Assembly: GCA_964568455.1 (NCBI GenBank)
Contig: CAZMPJ010000007.1
Coordinates: 9,393 to 73,392 of the forward strand
Origin: an uncultured bacterium
Lineage (GTDB): Bacteria; Margulisbacteria; WOR-1; O2-12-FULL-45-9
Direction of reading: 5' to 3'
DNA: 64,000 nucleotides
Part shown: piece by piece, positions 17,635-28,119 of the stretch
Position numbering within the stretch: position 1 is the first letter of the stretch
Layout: the number at the start of each line of letters is the position of its first letter
Notes under the pieces: model-generated
Told to the model about the DNA's origin: nothing
The model's database searches: none
The model's input: the letters and a program-made list of their open reading frames with translations, nothing else
Translations under genes and position numbers: made by a program

Positions 17635-18399
17635 ATGACTTTAAAGATAGCTGATAAAACTTTTAATTCCCGCTTATTTATTGGTACTGGCAAATTTCCT
17701 TCTAACCAAATCTTAAAACAAGCCTTGATTGCCGCGGAAACTGAAATGGTTACTGTTTCTTTGCGCAGAGTTGATTTTGATTCCAAGCAAGAAGATGTTT
17801 TAGATGCAGTTGATAGAAAAAAATATTTATTGCTTCCTAATACCTCTGGGGCTAGAACTGCGGAAGAGGCGGTTAGATTAGCTAAGCTGGCCAAGGCTGC
17901 TGGAGCGGGAAACTGGGTTAAGCTTGAGGTGACGCCTGATCCTAATTACATGTTGCCCGATCCAATTGAGACTTTAAAAGCAGCAGAAACCTTGGTTAAG
18001 CAAGGTTTCGTAGTTCTTCCTTATATTAATGCTGATCCTGTTTTAGCCAAACACTTAGAAGAGGTGGGGACGGCAACGGTTATGCCGCTTGGTTCACCTA
18101 TTGGCTCTCATCAAGGAATTAGAACCAAAGAGGCCATTCAAATTATTATTGAACAAGCCAATATTCCGGTGGTGGTGGATGCGGGGATTGGAATACCGTC
18201 GCATGCTGCGCAAGCTATGGAAATGGGAGCGGATGCTGTTTTAGTTAACACGGCTATTGCCATTGCTGCTGATCCAGTAAAAATGGCCGAGGCTTTTAAG
18301 TTAGCTGTTCGTGCTGGCCGCCAAGCTTATGAGGTAGGTATTAAATTTCCTCAAAAACAAGCTAGTGCTTCAAGCCCTTTAACTGGTTTCTTGCGATGA
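17635..18399 (+). CDS. thiG: thiazole synthase
   Basis: 254 aa. LFIGTGKF and [13 protein letters not shown]. Directly downstream of the TPP riboswitch. Confidence 0.9.
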   Translation: MTLKIADKTFNSRLFIGTGKFPSNQILKQALIAAETEMVTVSLRRVDFDSKQEDVLDAVDRKKYLLLPNTSGARTAEEAVRLAKLAKAAGAGNWVKLEVTPDPNYMLPDPIETLKAAETLVKQGFVVLPYINADPVLAKHLEEVGTATVMPLGSPIGSHQGIRTKEAIQIIIEQANIPVVVDAGIGIPSHAAQAMEMGADAVLVNTAIAIAADPVKMAEAFKLAVRAGRQAYEVGIKFPQKQASASSPLTGFLR

Positions 18400-19409
18400 A
18401 CATCAGTTTTGAGCAATATTTAGAACTTCTTCAGCCAAAGTCTGATCAAGAACTCGAACAAATGGCGCAAAAAGCCAGGCAACTTACCTTAAAACACTTT
18501 GGCAAGACTATATTATTGTATGCGCCAATTTATTTAAATAATGAATGTGATAATCACTGTGCTTATTGCGGATTTAACCAAAAACTATCTGAAAAAAGAG
18601 TTAGCCTTTCAATTGAGCAAGTTTTACAAGAAGCAGATTTGCTTTATAAAAAAGGTTTTCGTCATATATTATTAGTTTCCGGAGAAAAACGATCTAAAAT
18701 AACCATATCTTATTTAAAACAGATCGTTTCTGCTTTGCATGCTAAATTTAGTTCGATTGCTTTGGAAATATTCCCATTAACCGAAGATGAGTATAAAGAA
18801 TTATATTTAGCTGGGGTAGATGGCTTAACTATTTATCAAGAAGTCTATGATCAAGATATTTATAAAAAAGTTCACCCTAAAGGTCCTAAATCTGATTACT
18901 CGTATAGATTGGAAACTCCAGAGCGGGCAGCTCGAGCAGGCTTTTATCGTCTTAATATTGGCACTCTTTTAGGTTTGGGAAAATGGCAAGAAGAGGCTGC
19001 TCATCTTGGTCAGCATGCTCAATATTTAATGAAAAAGTATTGGCGCTGTCAGATTTCAGTTTCGTTCCCCCGTTTGCAATCTTCTGCAGCTGGGTTTAAG
19101 CCATTTTATCCCGTTTCTGATCGACAATTAGTGCAAATGATTTGCGCCTTAAGAATTTTCTTGCCGTCATTAGGATTGGTTTTATCAACCAGAGAAGGTA
19201 AAGAGCTAAGGGATAATTTAATTCCTCTAGGGATAACTCAAATGAGTGCAGAATCAAAAACTAGTCCAGGCGGGTATTCAAAGCAAATAAAAGCTGAAGA
19301 ACAATTTAGTGTGGCAGATAAAAGAACGGTCCAAGAAGTTGCAGCGGTAATTGCGGATAAGGGGTGCGAGCCAGTTTTTAAAGATTGGGATCGGTCATTT
19401 ATACGATGA
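18396..19409 (+). CDS. thiH: 2-iminoacetate synthase (tyrosine lyase, radical SAM)
   Basis: [10 protein letters not shown] radical-SAM motif. 337 aa. Overlaps the thiG stop. Confidence 0.85.
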   Translation: MNISFEQYLELLQPKSDQELEQMAQKARQLTLKHFGKTILLYAPIYLNNECDNHCAYCGFNQKLSEKRVSLSIEQVLQEADLLYKKGFRHILLVSGEKRSKITISYLKQIVSALHAKFSSIALEIFPLTEDEYKELYLAGVDGLTIYQEVYDQDIYKKVHPKGPKSDYSYRLETPERAARAGFYRLNIGTLLGLGKWQEEAAHLGQHAQYLMKKYWRCQISVSFPRLQSSAAGFKPFYPVSDRQLVQMICALRIFLPSLGLVLSTREGKELRDNLIPLGITQMSAESKTSPGGYSKQIKAEEQFSVADKRTVQEVAAVIADKGCEPVFKDWDRSFIR

Positions 19410-20005
19410 GAAAATTTGCTGAAATAGATATTTATCCAGTTATTGATGATCTGGATATTTTAGATAAAGTTATTAAAGGCGGGGCAAAGATTGTTCAACT
19501 TCGCAATAAAGAGCTTGCTAAAAAAGATTTTTACGAACTTGCTTTGAAATTTAGAAAACTAACTTTTAAACATGAACTACTTTTGATTATTAATGACTAT
19601 CTTGATATTGCTTTAGAAATAAAAGCGGATGGAGTGCATTTGGGACAAGAAGATCTCCCGGTTGAGACCGCGCGCAAGCTTGCTCCTAAAATGATTATTG
19701 GGGTTTCAACTCATAATCTTGATGAAGCGTTGGCGGCGGAGCGGGGTGGGGCAACTTACATTAATATAGGACCAATTTTTAAAACGCAAACCAAAGCTAT
19801 GCAGCCAATTGGAATTGAGGCGATCAAAACAATTACCCCCAAGATAAGAATTCCGTTTACGGTTATGGGTGGGATTAATTTAGATAATATTAATCAGGTG
19901 CTTAAGGCTGGTGCAACTAAGATAGCTGTTGTGAGTGCTATTACCGCCTCTCTTGATCCCCGCTTGACAACCAAAAGGTTAATTGATATAATCTTGACTA
20001 AGTAA
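19385..20005 (+). CDS. thiE: thiamine-phosphate synthase
   Basis: 206 aa. IDIYPVID...VQLRNKE...ADGVHLGQED motifs of ThiE. Confidence 0.85.
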   Translation: MGSVIYTMRKFAEIDIYPVIDDLDILDKVIKGGAKIVQLRNKELAKKDFYELALKFRKLTFKHELLLIINDYLDIALEIKADGVHLGQEDLPVETARKLAPKMIIGVSTHNLDEALAAERGGATYINIGPIFKTQTKAMQPIGIEAIKTITPKIRIPFTVMGGINLDNINQVLKAGATKIAVVSAITASLDPRLTTKRLIDIILTK

Positions 20006-20063
20006 ATCGACATAGTAAAGAAAAAGTGATCATTTTCAGCTATTGTTACGATATACTATATAT

Positions 20064-20480
20064 ATGAAACTATCAGTAAGAGTCTTATACGGATTGAAAG
20101 CAGTCTTTGAACTGGCCCAAAGGTATGGGGCGGAAAAGGTCCAAATAGCGGAAATATCAAGAAAACAAAAAATTCCCATCCGTTATTTAGAGCAGTTACT
20201 ATTGGTTTTAAAAAGAAAGGGAATTGTTTATAGCATTAGAGGGAAGGATGGTGGTTATGTTTTGAAGAAGCATCCCGGCGATATTTCGGTTTTGGAAATA
20301 ATCGAAGCTTTTGAAGGGCCCATAGAATTGACCGGTAAAAAGGTAAAAGATGCACCGGCGATCTTGGGGTTTTTAAAAGAAGCGCAGGATGGTTTTAGGA
20401 AAAACTTGTCAGAGACTACGATTGAGGATTTGGTTTTTAAGAAAAAACAAAAAGATCGGGCTTATAATTATAATATATAG
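20064..20480 (+). CDS. Rrf2-family regulator without a Cys cluster (CymR-like cysteine metabolism repressor)
   Basis: MKLSVRVLYGLKAV... wHTH, GGYVLKK motif, no conserved Cys triad. The track ORF starts at an upstream TTG (20043). An ATG at 20064 gives the typical Rrf2 N-terminus. Confidence 0.7.
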   Translation: MKLSVRVLYGLKAVFELAQRYGAEKVQIAEISRKQKIPIRYLEQLLLVLKRKGIVYSIRGKDGGYVLKKHPGDISVLEIIEAFEGPIELTGKKVKDAPAILGFLKEAQDGFRKNLSETTIEDLVFKKKQKDRAYNYNI

Positions 20481-20492
20481 GGGGTCCATGAA

Positions 20493-21215
20493 ATGGGGAT
20501 ACTAGAAAATAAAGATGATTTGAAGAAACTGGTGGAGGAGTTGAATTTTAAAGAGAAAGTTGAAAGGTCTAAAGCCTTAATAAAAGAGGCCTATGAGAAA
20601 TACGGAGATGGATTAGTAGTGGCCAATAGTTTGGGTAAGGATTCTGTCGTAGTTTGGGATTTGGCTAAAAAGGTTAATCCTAAAATCAGAGGATTTGTGG
20701 TTACGACCAGATATAAGCCAAAAGAAACAAAAGAATTCATGAAAGACTTTGTTGTTAAATACCCTGAAACAAAAGTTTATGAAAACACGGCAAAAATACC
20801 AGAAAAACTTTATGAAACTGATCCCAACAAATGCTGTGACATTTTAAAAGTAGAACCAACTCGTTGGGCAGTGAAGGACATGAAGATTGATTGCTGGGTA
20901 ACTGGTTTGCGCTGTACTGAAGGACGCACTCGGACAGATTTTAAAGAAGTAGAAGAAAGAGATAAAGGATTGATCAAGCTTAATCCTATTTTGATCTGGA
21001 AAGAAAGAGAGATTTGGCAATATTTAGCTTTATATCAAGTTCCAGTCAATCCGCTTTACGGCGAAGGTTATCGTTCACTAGGTTGTGCACCATGTACTCA
21101 TATTACAACCGATGACAACGAAAGAGCAGGTCGCTGGATTGGGACCAGTAAATGTGGCGGAGAGTGTGGGATTCATACCCGGCCACTAAAGAATATTCAA
21201 GGAGAAGGTATTTGA
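20493..21215 (+). CDS. phosphoadenosine phosphosulfate reductase family protein (PAPS/APS reductase-like PP-loop enzyme)
   Basis: 240 aa. LGKDSVVVWDL PP-loop region and a C-terminal CC..GxxxC region as in CysH/CysD-like enzymes. Confidence 0.65.
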   Translation: MGILENKDDLKKLVEELNFKEKVERSKALIKEAYEKYGDGLVVANSLGKDSVVVWDLAKKVNPKIRGFVVTTRYKPKETKEFMKDFVVKYPETKVYENTAKIPEKLYETDPNKCCDILKVEPTRWAVKDMKIDCWVTGLRCTEGRTRTDFKEVEERDKGLIKLNPILIWKEREIWQYLALYQVPVNPLYGEGYRSLGCAPCTHITTDDNERAGRWIGTSKCGGECGIHTRPLKNIQGEGI

Positions 21216-22165
21216 TTTTTTTATTAGGCTTAAGCGTCATAATCTTTGCTATGATGATGGGAGCAAGCAATATTGCTCCCTCATTTGCAACTTTGTATGG
21301 CGCTAGGCTTATTGACCATAAAAAAGCAGTACTCTGGTTTACGGTTTTTGTTCTCTTGGGTGCTGTTGTTGGGGGATATGGCGTGGTCAATACACTGGGG
21401 ACAACATTAATTCCCAGCCAATTTATTTCAGTGCAGGTCGTGTTGGCTATTTTGTTGGCTGCCTTAGGTGGGCTTATTTTGGCTAACCTTTTGGGGGTAC
21501 CAGAGTCAACTAGTTGGGTTACAGTTTTTGCCATTGCTGGAGTTGGCGCTGGTATTGCGAAATTAGAATTAGCAGGGCTTTTTAAAATTATTCCTTTTTG
21601 GATTATCTTGCCTGTATTGGCTTTTATTATAACTTATTTTATTTATAAATTAATTTATCCGCCGCGTTTTACTAATTTATGGCTTTATCAGGCTTTGTTT
21701 AACCGCGAAGACAAGTTAAAGAAATTTGCTTTTGTTGTCAGCTGTTATCTAGCTTTTGCAGCTGGGACAAATAATGTTGCTAATGCCGTTGGCCCGTTAG
21801 TTGGTGGTGGTTTAATTAAGCCCTTGTTCGGGTTAATTATTGTGGCCTTATTATTTGGATTAGGGGGATTAATCTTAGGTAAAAGGGTCATGAAAACATT
21901 AGGACAAGAAATAGTTCCCTTAGGCTTAATTTCTGCTTCTTTAGTAGCGCTGATTACAGCTACTTTATTAATCTTTGCTTCAGCCATAGGAGTGCCGCAA
22001 TCATTAGTACAATTGAGTGCCTTATCCATTATGGCTATTGCTGCGGTAAAGCATGAACAGCACATTTTAAAGCAAAAAACTATTAGGAAAATCGTCTTAA
22101 CTTGGCTGATTTCCCCTACAATATCTTTTAGCTTGGGGTGGCTGCTATGCAAGTTGTTAGTTTAA
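21214..22165 (+). CDS. PiT-family inorganic anion permease (candidate sulfate permease CysP)
   Basis: Two PiT signature repeats (GASNIAPSFATLYGA and GTNNVANAVGPLVGG). A TTG at 21214 follows a GGAGAAGG RBS; the track ORF from 21152 overlaps the upstream gene. Context: between a CymR-like regulator, a PAPS reductase-like gene and siroheme/sulfite reductase genes. Confidence 0.6.
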
Positions 22166-22998
22166 ACTATAAAAACTCTTCTCTTGAAGAAAGAGAGGCA
22201 GCCTGGAAAAACTGGCAAGCAGCTGATGGCGTAATTTTAAAAACCTGCAATCGGGTTGAATTATACACTAAAGAGAATGACGGAAAATCTGCTATCCTGC
22301 ATTTGTTTAAGCTTGCCAGCGGTTTGGAATCTCAAATTTTAGGAGAAAGTGAGATTTTAGGCCAGATAAATAAACTGCGTGAAACCTTAAATGATAGTTA
22401 TTTGCGTAAAATATTTGACCAGGCAGTGAAAGTTGGCCGAAAAGTTAGGCGAGAAACGGGAATCTCTCGCGGCAATGTGTCCGTAGCTAGTGTGGCTGTA
22501 ACTTTGTTGGGTAAGGAAAAGAATAAAAAAATTATTGTTATTGGCAGTGGCAAAGTTACTGAAGCAGTATTAAAAAACCTGGCTAAGCGTGGATTTCAAA
22601 TTGTTTTAGTTGCCAATCGCACTTTTGCTAAAGCTCAAAAACTAGCTTCTATTATTGAGGCGAAGGCTATCCGTTTTAAAGAGCTAGCTGAAGAATTAAT
22701 TGAGGCTGATCTGGTTATAAGTTCAACTGCAGCACCGCATTTTGTGGTTGTACCAAAACAGATCAAACCACGGCGTAAACCTTTAGTCTTAATTGATTTG
22801 GCAGTGCCCAGAGATATTGATCCCGCAATTGCCAAGTTAACATCGGTTAGTTTATATAATATTGATGATATAAAAGAAACGATCAGCTTGAATTTGCTTA
22901 AAAGAAGGATTGAAGCAATAAAAGCTGAAAAAATTATTGAAGATGAGATGGAAAAGTTTTGCGCAAAATTAGAATTGGCAACCGTAGCAGTCGCTTAG
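22138..22998 (+). CDS. hemA: glutamyl-tRNA reductase (compact, 286 aa)
   Basis: CNRVELY active-site motif and Rossmann GSGKVTEAV. Shorter than the usual about 420 aa; the C-terminal dimerisation region is abbreviated. Confidence 0.78.
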   Translation: MAAMQVVSLNYKNSSLEEREAAWKNWQAADGVILKTCNRVELYTKENDGKSAILHLFKLASGLESQILGESEILGQINKLRETLNDSYLRKIFDQAVKVGRKVRRETGISRGNVSVASVAVTLLGKEKNKKIIVIGSGKVTEAVLKNLAKRGFQIVLVANRTFAKAQKLASIIEAKAIRFKELAEELIEADLVISSTAAPHFVVVPKQIKPRRKPLVLIDLAVPRDIDPAIAKLTSVSLYNIDDIKETISLNLLKRRIEAIKAEKIIEDEMEKFCAKLELATVAVA

Positions 22999-23597
22999 CC
23001 TTGGCGCAAGCAGCTGAAATAACTAAGCAATTTGGTGAACAAGAAATTGAATTGTTGACCTTTGCAACTAGTGGAGATCTGGATAAAGAGACTCCGATTG
23101 ACCAGGTTGAAGGCACAGACTTTTTCACTGACCGGATTGAACAGGCTTTATTGGAAAAGAAAATTGATTTAGCCATTCATTCGGCTAAAGATTTGCCGAA
23201 AGAGATACCGTCAGGGCTTGAGATAACTGTTTTTACGCCTTCGGCAGACAGCAGTGATGCTTTAGTTTCGCGCAATAATCTTAAGTTGGCGGATCTGCCG
23301 GCTGGAAGTAAAGTGGGGACTAGCAGCAAAAGACGCAAAGAACAGTTGCTTAAGTTTGCGCCACAAGTAAAGGTAGTTGATTTGCGAGGCAGTATTGATG
23401 AGCGGTTGGCCAAACTTGATCAAGGAGAATACGATGCGATCATTATCGCGACAATCGCGCTTAAACGCTTGGGGTTAGAGCATAGGATTTCAGAAAAGTT
23501 GTCGTTTGTTACTGCAAGCGGACAAGGCTCGCTAGCTCTTGAAGTTAGAAAAGAGGATAAGGATTTAAGACAATGGCTAAAGCAAAAGTTTATTTAA
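22959..23597 (+). CDS. hemC: porphobilinogen deaminase (short form, 212 aa)
   Basis: IRIGNRSSRLALAQA N-terminus and dipyrromethane-cofactor domains 1-2. Overlaps the hemA end by 40 nt in another frame. Confidence 0.72.
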   Translation: MRKIRIGNRSSRLALAQAAEITKQFGEQEIELLTFATSGDLDKETPIDQVEGTDFFTDRIEQALLEKKIDLAIHSAKDLPKEIPSGLEITVFTPSADSSDALVSRNNLKLADLPAGSKVGTSSKRRKEQLLKFAPQVKVVDLRGSIDERLAKLDQGEYDAIIIATIALKRLGLEHRISEKLSFVTASGQGSLALEVRKEDKDLRQWLKQKFI

Positions 23598-24955
23598 TAG
23601 GAGCTGGCCCAGGTAGGTCGGATTTAATTACTGTGCGTGGGCTTGAAGTGCTTAAGCAGGCTGATGTGGTTATTTATGACTATTTAGTTGGTGAACAATT
23701 AGCGCGATCCGCAGCTAAAAGTGCCAAACTTATTTGCTCACATGACCTGGGGAAAATTCCTTATCATGCCAATATGGTTCAAGCTCAAAAAAATATTAAT
23801 CAAGCAATGGTTAAGGAAGCAAAAAAAGGAAAAAAAGTAGTTAGGCTTAAAAATGGAGATGCTGCCATCTTTAGCCGGCTTAGCGAAGAAATAAATATTT
23901 TGTTGGCTAACAAAATTGAGTTTGAAATTGTACCGGGTGTAACTGCAGCCAGTGCTGCAGCTGCTTATAGCGGCATCCCGCTGACAGAGCGCGGTAAGGC
24001 TAGGAAGCTGGCTTTTGTAACTGGCCATGATTCTAATATTAATTGGGAAGAATTGGTTAGCTTGGAAACAATTGTTATTTATATGGGAGTAAGCAATCTA
24101 AAAAAAATTATTAAACGCTTGTTGGACCTGGGTAAAGCAAAAAATACTCCAGCAGTAATAATAACTAATGCTGGAGCAATTAATCAATTAACAATTAAAG
24201 GTCAGCTTAAGGATCTTGTGGTAAAAGCCGTAAAAAATAGAATTAAGCCTCCAGCAATAATAATTATCGGTAAAACAGTTGGGCGGGAAACAAAATTTAA
24301 CTGGCTTAGAAAAAATAAGCGAATCTTGTTTACCGGCTTGTCAGCTGAAAGATATTTTTTAAAAGGTACTTATTTTCATTTACCTTTAATTAAAATTGAA
24401 CCGCTTAAAGATTATGCGCGGCTTGATCGTTGGGTTAAAAAGTTGTCGACTTTTAATTGGCTGGTTTTTGCCAGTCGTTATGGGGTGGATTTTTTCTTTG
24501 AACAACTTTTAGCTCAAGGTGAAGATGTTAGAGGATTATTCGGCTTAAAAATAGCGGCAGTGGGGCAATCAACTGCAAATCGACTGCTTGATTTTGGAAT
24601 AAAAGCTGACTTAGTGCCCAAAGTTGAATCTTCCGATGGTTTAGTTGCAGCCTTTAAAAAAGAAAAAATAAACGGGCAACTAATTTTTATGCCTCGTTCT
24701 GATTTAGCTGATAAAGGTTTGGAGCAAAAAATTTCCAAGTTAGGAGCAAAGGTTGTATCTTGTGTTGCTTATCGCAACCAGATGCCAAAAAATTTACCAG
24801 ACTTGGATTTAGCATTTTTTAACGAGATCATGTTTACCAGCCCTTCAACAGTTAGAAATTTTAAGAAACGTTATAAAAAGGTTCCTAAGGGAGTAAGGGT
24901 TAGTTGTATTGGAGACAGAACAAAACAGGAGTTTAAGAGTGAATTTAGACGTTAA
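23573..24955 (+). CDS. cobA/hemD: uroporphyrinogen-III C-methyltransferase / uroporphyrinogen-III synthase fusion
   Basis: N-terminal SUMT (VYLIGAGPG, VVRLKNGD) plus a C-terminal HemD-like domain. 460 aa. Confidence 0.85.
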   Translation: MAKAKVYLIGAGPGRSDLITVRGLEVLKQADVVIYDYLVGEQLARSAAKSAKLICSHDLGKIPYHANMVQAQKNINQAMVKEAKKGKKVVRLKNGDAAIFSRLSEEINILLANKIEFEIVPGVTAASAAAAYSGIPLTERGKARKLAFVTGHDSNINWEELVSLETIVIYMGVSNLKKIIKRLLDLGKAKNTPAVIITNAGAINQLTIKGQLKDLVVKAVKNRIKPPAIIIIGKTVGRETKFNWLRKNKRILFTGLSAERYFLKGTYFHLPLIKIEPLKDYARLDRWVKKLSTFNWLVFASRYGVDFFFEQLLAQGEDVRGLFGLKIAAVGQSTANRLLDFGIKADLVPKVESSDGLVAAFKKEKINGQLIFMPRSDLADKGLEQKISKLGAKVVSCVAYRNQMPKNLPDLDLAFFNEIMFTSPSTVRNFKKRYKKVPKGVRVSCIGDRTKQEFKSEFRR

Positions 24956-25799
24956 AAATTTAATCATGCCATATTTTGTGGTAGCCGGGCAAAAGGAAAA
25001 GCAAGAAATTAAGGCTATGCCCGGGATTTATAGGTTTTCTATTGATAACCTTTTGCTGGAAGTGCGCGATGGTCTGGCTTTGGGGATTGATAAAATTTTG
25101 CTTTTTGGCTTACCTCAAAAAAAAGATGAGCATGGATCAGAAGCCCATGCTGAAGATGGGGTAGTGCAAGAAGCAGTGGTTAAACTAAAAGAAGCTTTTC
25201 CAAAACTGACAGTTATTACTGATGTGTGTTTGTGTGCTTACACCACCCATGGCCATTGTCACCTTTTTAACGCTGAAAAAACGCTTGAGCAATTATCCAA
25301 GATTGCTGTGTCGCATGCACAAGCAGGTGCAGATTATGTAGCACCTTCAGCTATGGCCAGAGGTCAGGTTAAAAGTATAAGAAAAGCACTTGATCAAGCA
25401 GGTTTAAAAAAGACTAAAATCTTAGCTTATTCAGCAAAATTTGCTTCTGAATTTTATGGTCCTTTCAGAGAAGCGGCAAATTCTACACCCGTTTCTGGTG
25501 ACCGTAGTGGTTATCAATTGAACCCACTGCATAAAGAACAAGCTTTAGCCAGAATTAAGATTGAGATCCATGAGGGAGCAGATGTAGTTATGGTAAAACC
25601 AGCCCTGGCTTATCTTGATGTGATTTATCAGGCTAAACAATTGATAAACGTGCCTTTGGCAGCTTATAATGTTAGTGGCGAATATAGTTTATTGTATGGC
25701 AAAAAAAAGCTGATCTTAGAATCTCTTCAAGCCATCAAACGCAGTGGAGCGGACTGGATCATTACTTATTTTGCAAAAGAGGTTGCGCAATGGTTATGA
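24909..25799 (+). CDS. hemB: porphobilinogen synthase (delta-aminolevulinate dehydratase)
   Basis: 296 aa. Active-site region around SAMARGQVKSIRKAL and Zn/Mg-type motifs CLCAYTTHGHC. Confidence 0.85.
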   Translation: METEQNRSLRVNLDVKNLIMPYFVVAGQKEKQEIKAMPGIYRFSIDNLLLEVRDGLALGIDKILLFGLPQKKDEHGSEAHAEDGVVQEAVVKLKEAFPKLTVITDVCLCAYTTHGHCHLFNAEKTLEQLSKIAVSHAQAGADYVAPSAMARGQVKSIRKALDQAGLKKTKILAYSAKFASEFYGPFREAANSTPVSGDRSGYQLNPLHKEQALARIKIEIHEGADVVMVKPALAYLDVIYQAKQLINVPLAAYNVSGEYSLLYGKKKLILESLQAIKRSGADWIITYFAKEVAQWL

Positions 25800-26914
25800 A
25801 TTTATGGCAGCAAGCCAATAAATATTTAGTTGGCGGGGTAAATAGCCCGGTTAGGGCGTTTGGCCCGGTTGGCGGCAATCCAGTTTTTATAGCTAAGGCT
25901 AAAGGTTCTAAAGTCTGGGACGTGGAAGGCCAACAATATATTGATTATGTTGGCAGCTGGGGGGCTTTGATTGCTGGACATGCGCATCCAAAAATTATTG
26001 CGGCAGCAAGCGCCGCTTTAAAAAAAGGCAGCAGTTTTGGCGCGCCGACCGAAGCGGAAACTGAATTAGCTCAAGAAATTTGCCAGGCATTTCCTTCAAT
26101 CCAAAAAGTGCGCTTAGTCTCTTCGGGAACCGAAGCGGTTATGGGCGCTATTAATGTGGCCCGCGTTTACAGCGGACGCAAACAAGTGATAACTTTTAAA
26201 GGTTGTTATCACGGTTGGATCTTGTCTGCTGATACTAACAAAAAGATTTTACCTTATAATGATTTAGAAGCAGTAAGTAAAGTGATAAAAAAAGAGCATA
26301 AGCAGATCGGGGCAATTATTGTGGAGCCTGTAGCCGGCAACATGGGAGTGAAAGCGCCTAAGCCAGAATTTTTAAAAGGCTTACGCCGGTTAGCCGATCG
26401 TTTTAAAATTGTTTTAATCTTTGATGAGATTATTACGGGTTTTAGGATTGCTTACGGAGGAGCGCAAGAATATTTTGGCATAAAAGCTGATCTTACTTGT
26501 TTAGGTAAGGTTATTGGGGGAGGGTTTCCAATTGCGGCTTATGGAGGAAAAAAAGAAGTTATGGATTTGGTTGCTCCTAAAGGATCAGTTTATCAAGCTG
26601 GTACCTTGTCAGGAAATCCGGTGGCAGTTGCGGCAGGGTTAGCGACTTTAAAGATCTTAAGTAGTAAAGGGGTTTATGTTAAACTAGAGGAAAGAACAAA
26701 AGAGCTTTGTTTGGGTATGAAAAAACCATTTTCTCAAATAGGCTCAATGTTTAGTTTTGTTTTTGGTTCCGAAAACGAGTTTCGAAGATTTTTTTGGAAA
26801 CTTTTGCGCCAAGGGATTTATTTTGCCCCGTCTGCTAGCGAAGCGAATTTTATTTCTTTGGCTCATAGTGATCGAGATATTAAAGAAACCATAAAAAAAG
26901 GAGGAGCGTTATGA
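25790..26914 (+). CDS. hemL: glutamate-1-semialdehyde 2,1-aminomutase
   Basis: LVGGVNSPVRAF N-terminal motif. 374 aa class-III aminotransferase. Confidence 0.88.
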   Translation: MVMNLWQQANKYLVGGVNSPVRAFGPVGGNPVFIAKAKGSKVWDVEGQQYIDYVGSWGALIAGHAHPKIIAAASAALKKGSSFGAPTEAETELAQEICQAFPSIQKVRLVSSGTEAVMGAINVARVYSGRKQVITFKGCYHGWILSADTNKKILPYNDLEAVSKVIKKEHKQIGAIIVEPVAGNMGVKAPKPEFLKGLRRLADRFKIVLIFDEIITGFRIAYGGAQEYFGIKADLTCLGKVIGGGFPIAAYGGKKEVMDLVAPKGSVYQAGTLSGNPVAVAAGLATLKILSSKGVYVKLEERTKELCLGMKKPFSQIGSMFSFVFGSENEFRRFFWKLLRQGIYFAPSASEANFISLAHSDRDIKETIKKGGAL

Positions 26915-28062
26915 AGATTACGGTAAATGGAAAATTAGAAGAAGTTTCGTCTGAGATAACAATACTTGGTTTGTTGGAGGCAAAAAACATCAAGCCAGAA
27001 GTGGTGGCGGTGGAGCATAATAATGAAGTGATTGAAAAAGAGCAATACGGAAAAAAAGACTTAAAGGATTCAGATCAGATCGAGATTGTTTATTTTATGG
27101 GGGGAGGGGAGTTGAAAGATGCTCCTAAAAAATGCGGTAGCCAAGTGGCAGATTCTGTTGCAGAACTTATTGGTAATACTCCTATATTAAGATTAAATAA
27201 GGTTGTGACCAAAGATATGGCAGAAGTTCTGGTAAAACTTGAGTCTGCTAATCCTGGCGGATCAGTCAAAGACCGTATTGCGCTTTCGTTAATTGAAGCG
27301 GCAGAAGCAAGCGGAAAATTAAAACCTGGTGGCACTATTATTGAGCCTACTTCTGGTAATACTGGCATAGGCCTTTCTTTGATTTCCGCGGCCAGGGGTT
27401 ATAAATGCATTTTAACCATGCCAGAGTCAATGAGCTTAGAAAGAATTTATATACTTAAATCTTATGGTTCAGAAGTTGTCTTAACGCCTGCGGCAGAAGG
27501 CATGAACGGAGCTATTAAAAAAGCCGAACAATTAATGAAAAAAACTAAAGGAAGTTTTATGCCTCAGCAATTTAAGAATAAGGCTAATCCGCAGGCTCAC
27601 CGTGAAACCACTGCACTGGAAATATTAAAAGCAACTGACGGTAAAGTGGATGCTTTTGTTTCCGGAGTTGGGACAGGGGGCACTATTACTGGGGTGGGTG
27701 AGATTTTAAAAAAGGAAAATGCAAAAGTATTGGTGATAGCTGTTGAACCGGCAAAATCAGCAGTTCTTTCTGGTGGCAGCGCTGGTCCTCACAAGATTCA
27801 GGGAATTGGAGCAGGTTTTGTGCCAGAAGTTTTAAATCTTAAGGTGATTGATGAAATTATCAAAGTAGAGGATGACCAGGCTTTTAATACTTCAAAACAT
27901 TTGGCAAAAAAAGAAGGCTTGTTTGTGGGGATTTCTGCTGGAGCGGCTATTTATGCTGCTTTAGAAGTAGCTAAAAAGCTAGGTAAAGGTAAAAGGGTAG
28001 TGACGATTTTGCCAGATACTGGAGAACGTTATTTTAGCATGGAACAATATTTTACTGGATAA
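26911..28062 (+). CDS. ThiS/MoaD-like sulfur-carrier domain fused to cysteine synthase (CysO-CysM-type fusion)
   Basis: Residues 1-65 (MKITVNGKLEEV...IEIVYFMGGG) form a ThiS-like beta-grasp ending in GGG. After a short linker comes a full PLP cysteine synthase domain (GNTPILRL, PGGSVKDR, TSGNTGIG). Confidence 0.8.
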   Translation: MKITVNGKLEEVSSEITILGLLEAKNIKPEVVAVEHNNEVIEKEQYGKKDLKDSDQIEIVYFMGGGELKDAPKKCGSQVADSVAELIGNTPILRLNKVVTKDMAEVLVKLESANPGGSVKDRIALSLIEAAEASGKLKPGGTIIEPTSGNTGIGLSLISAARGYKCILTMPESMSLERIYILKSYGSEVVLTPAAEGMNGAIKKAEQLMKKTKGSFMPQQFKNKANPQAHRETTALEILKATDGKVDAFVSGVGTGGTITGVGEILKKENAKVLVIAVEPAKSAVLSGGSAGPHKIQGIGAGFVPEVLNLKVIDEIIKVEDDQAFNTSKHLAKKEGLFVGISAGAAIYAALEVAKKLGKGKRVVTILPDTGERYFSMEQYFTG

Positions 28063-28119
28063 TATCTCGAGTCGCCTGCCTGTCGGCAGACAGGCTCGAT
28101 ATAAAGGAGGTTTCAAAAG

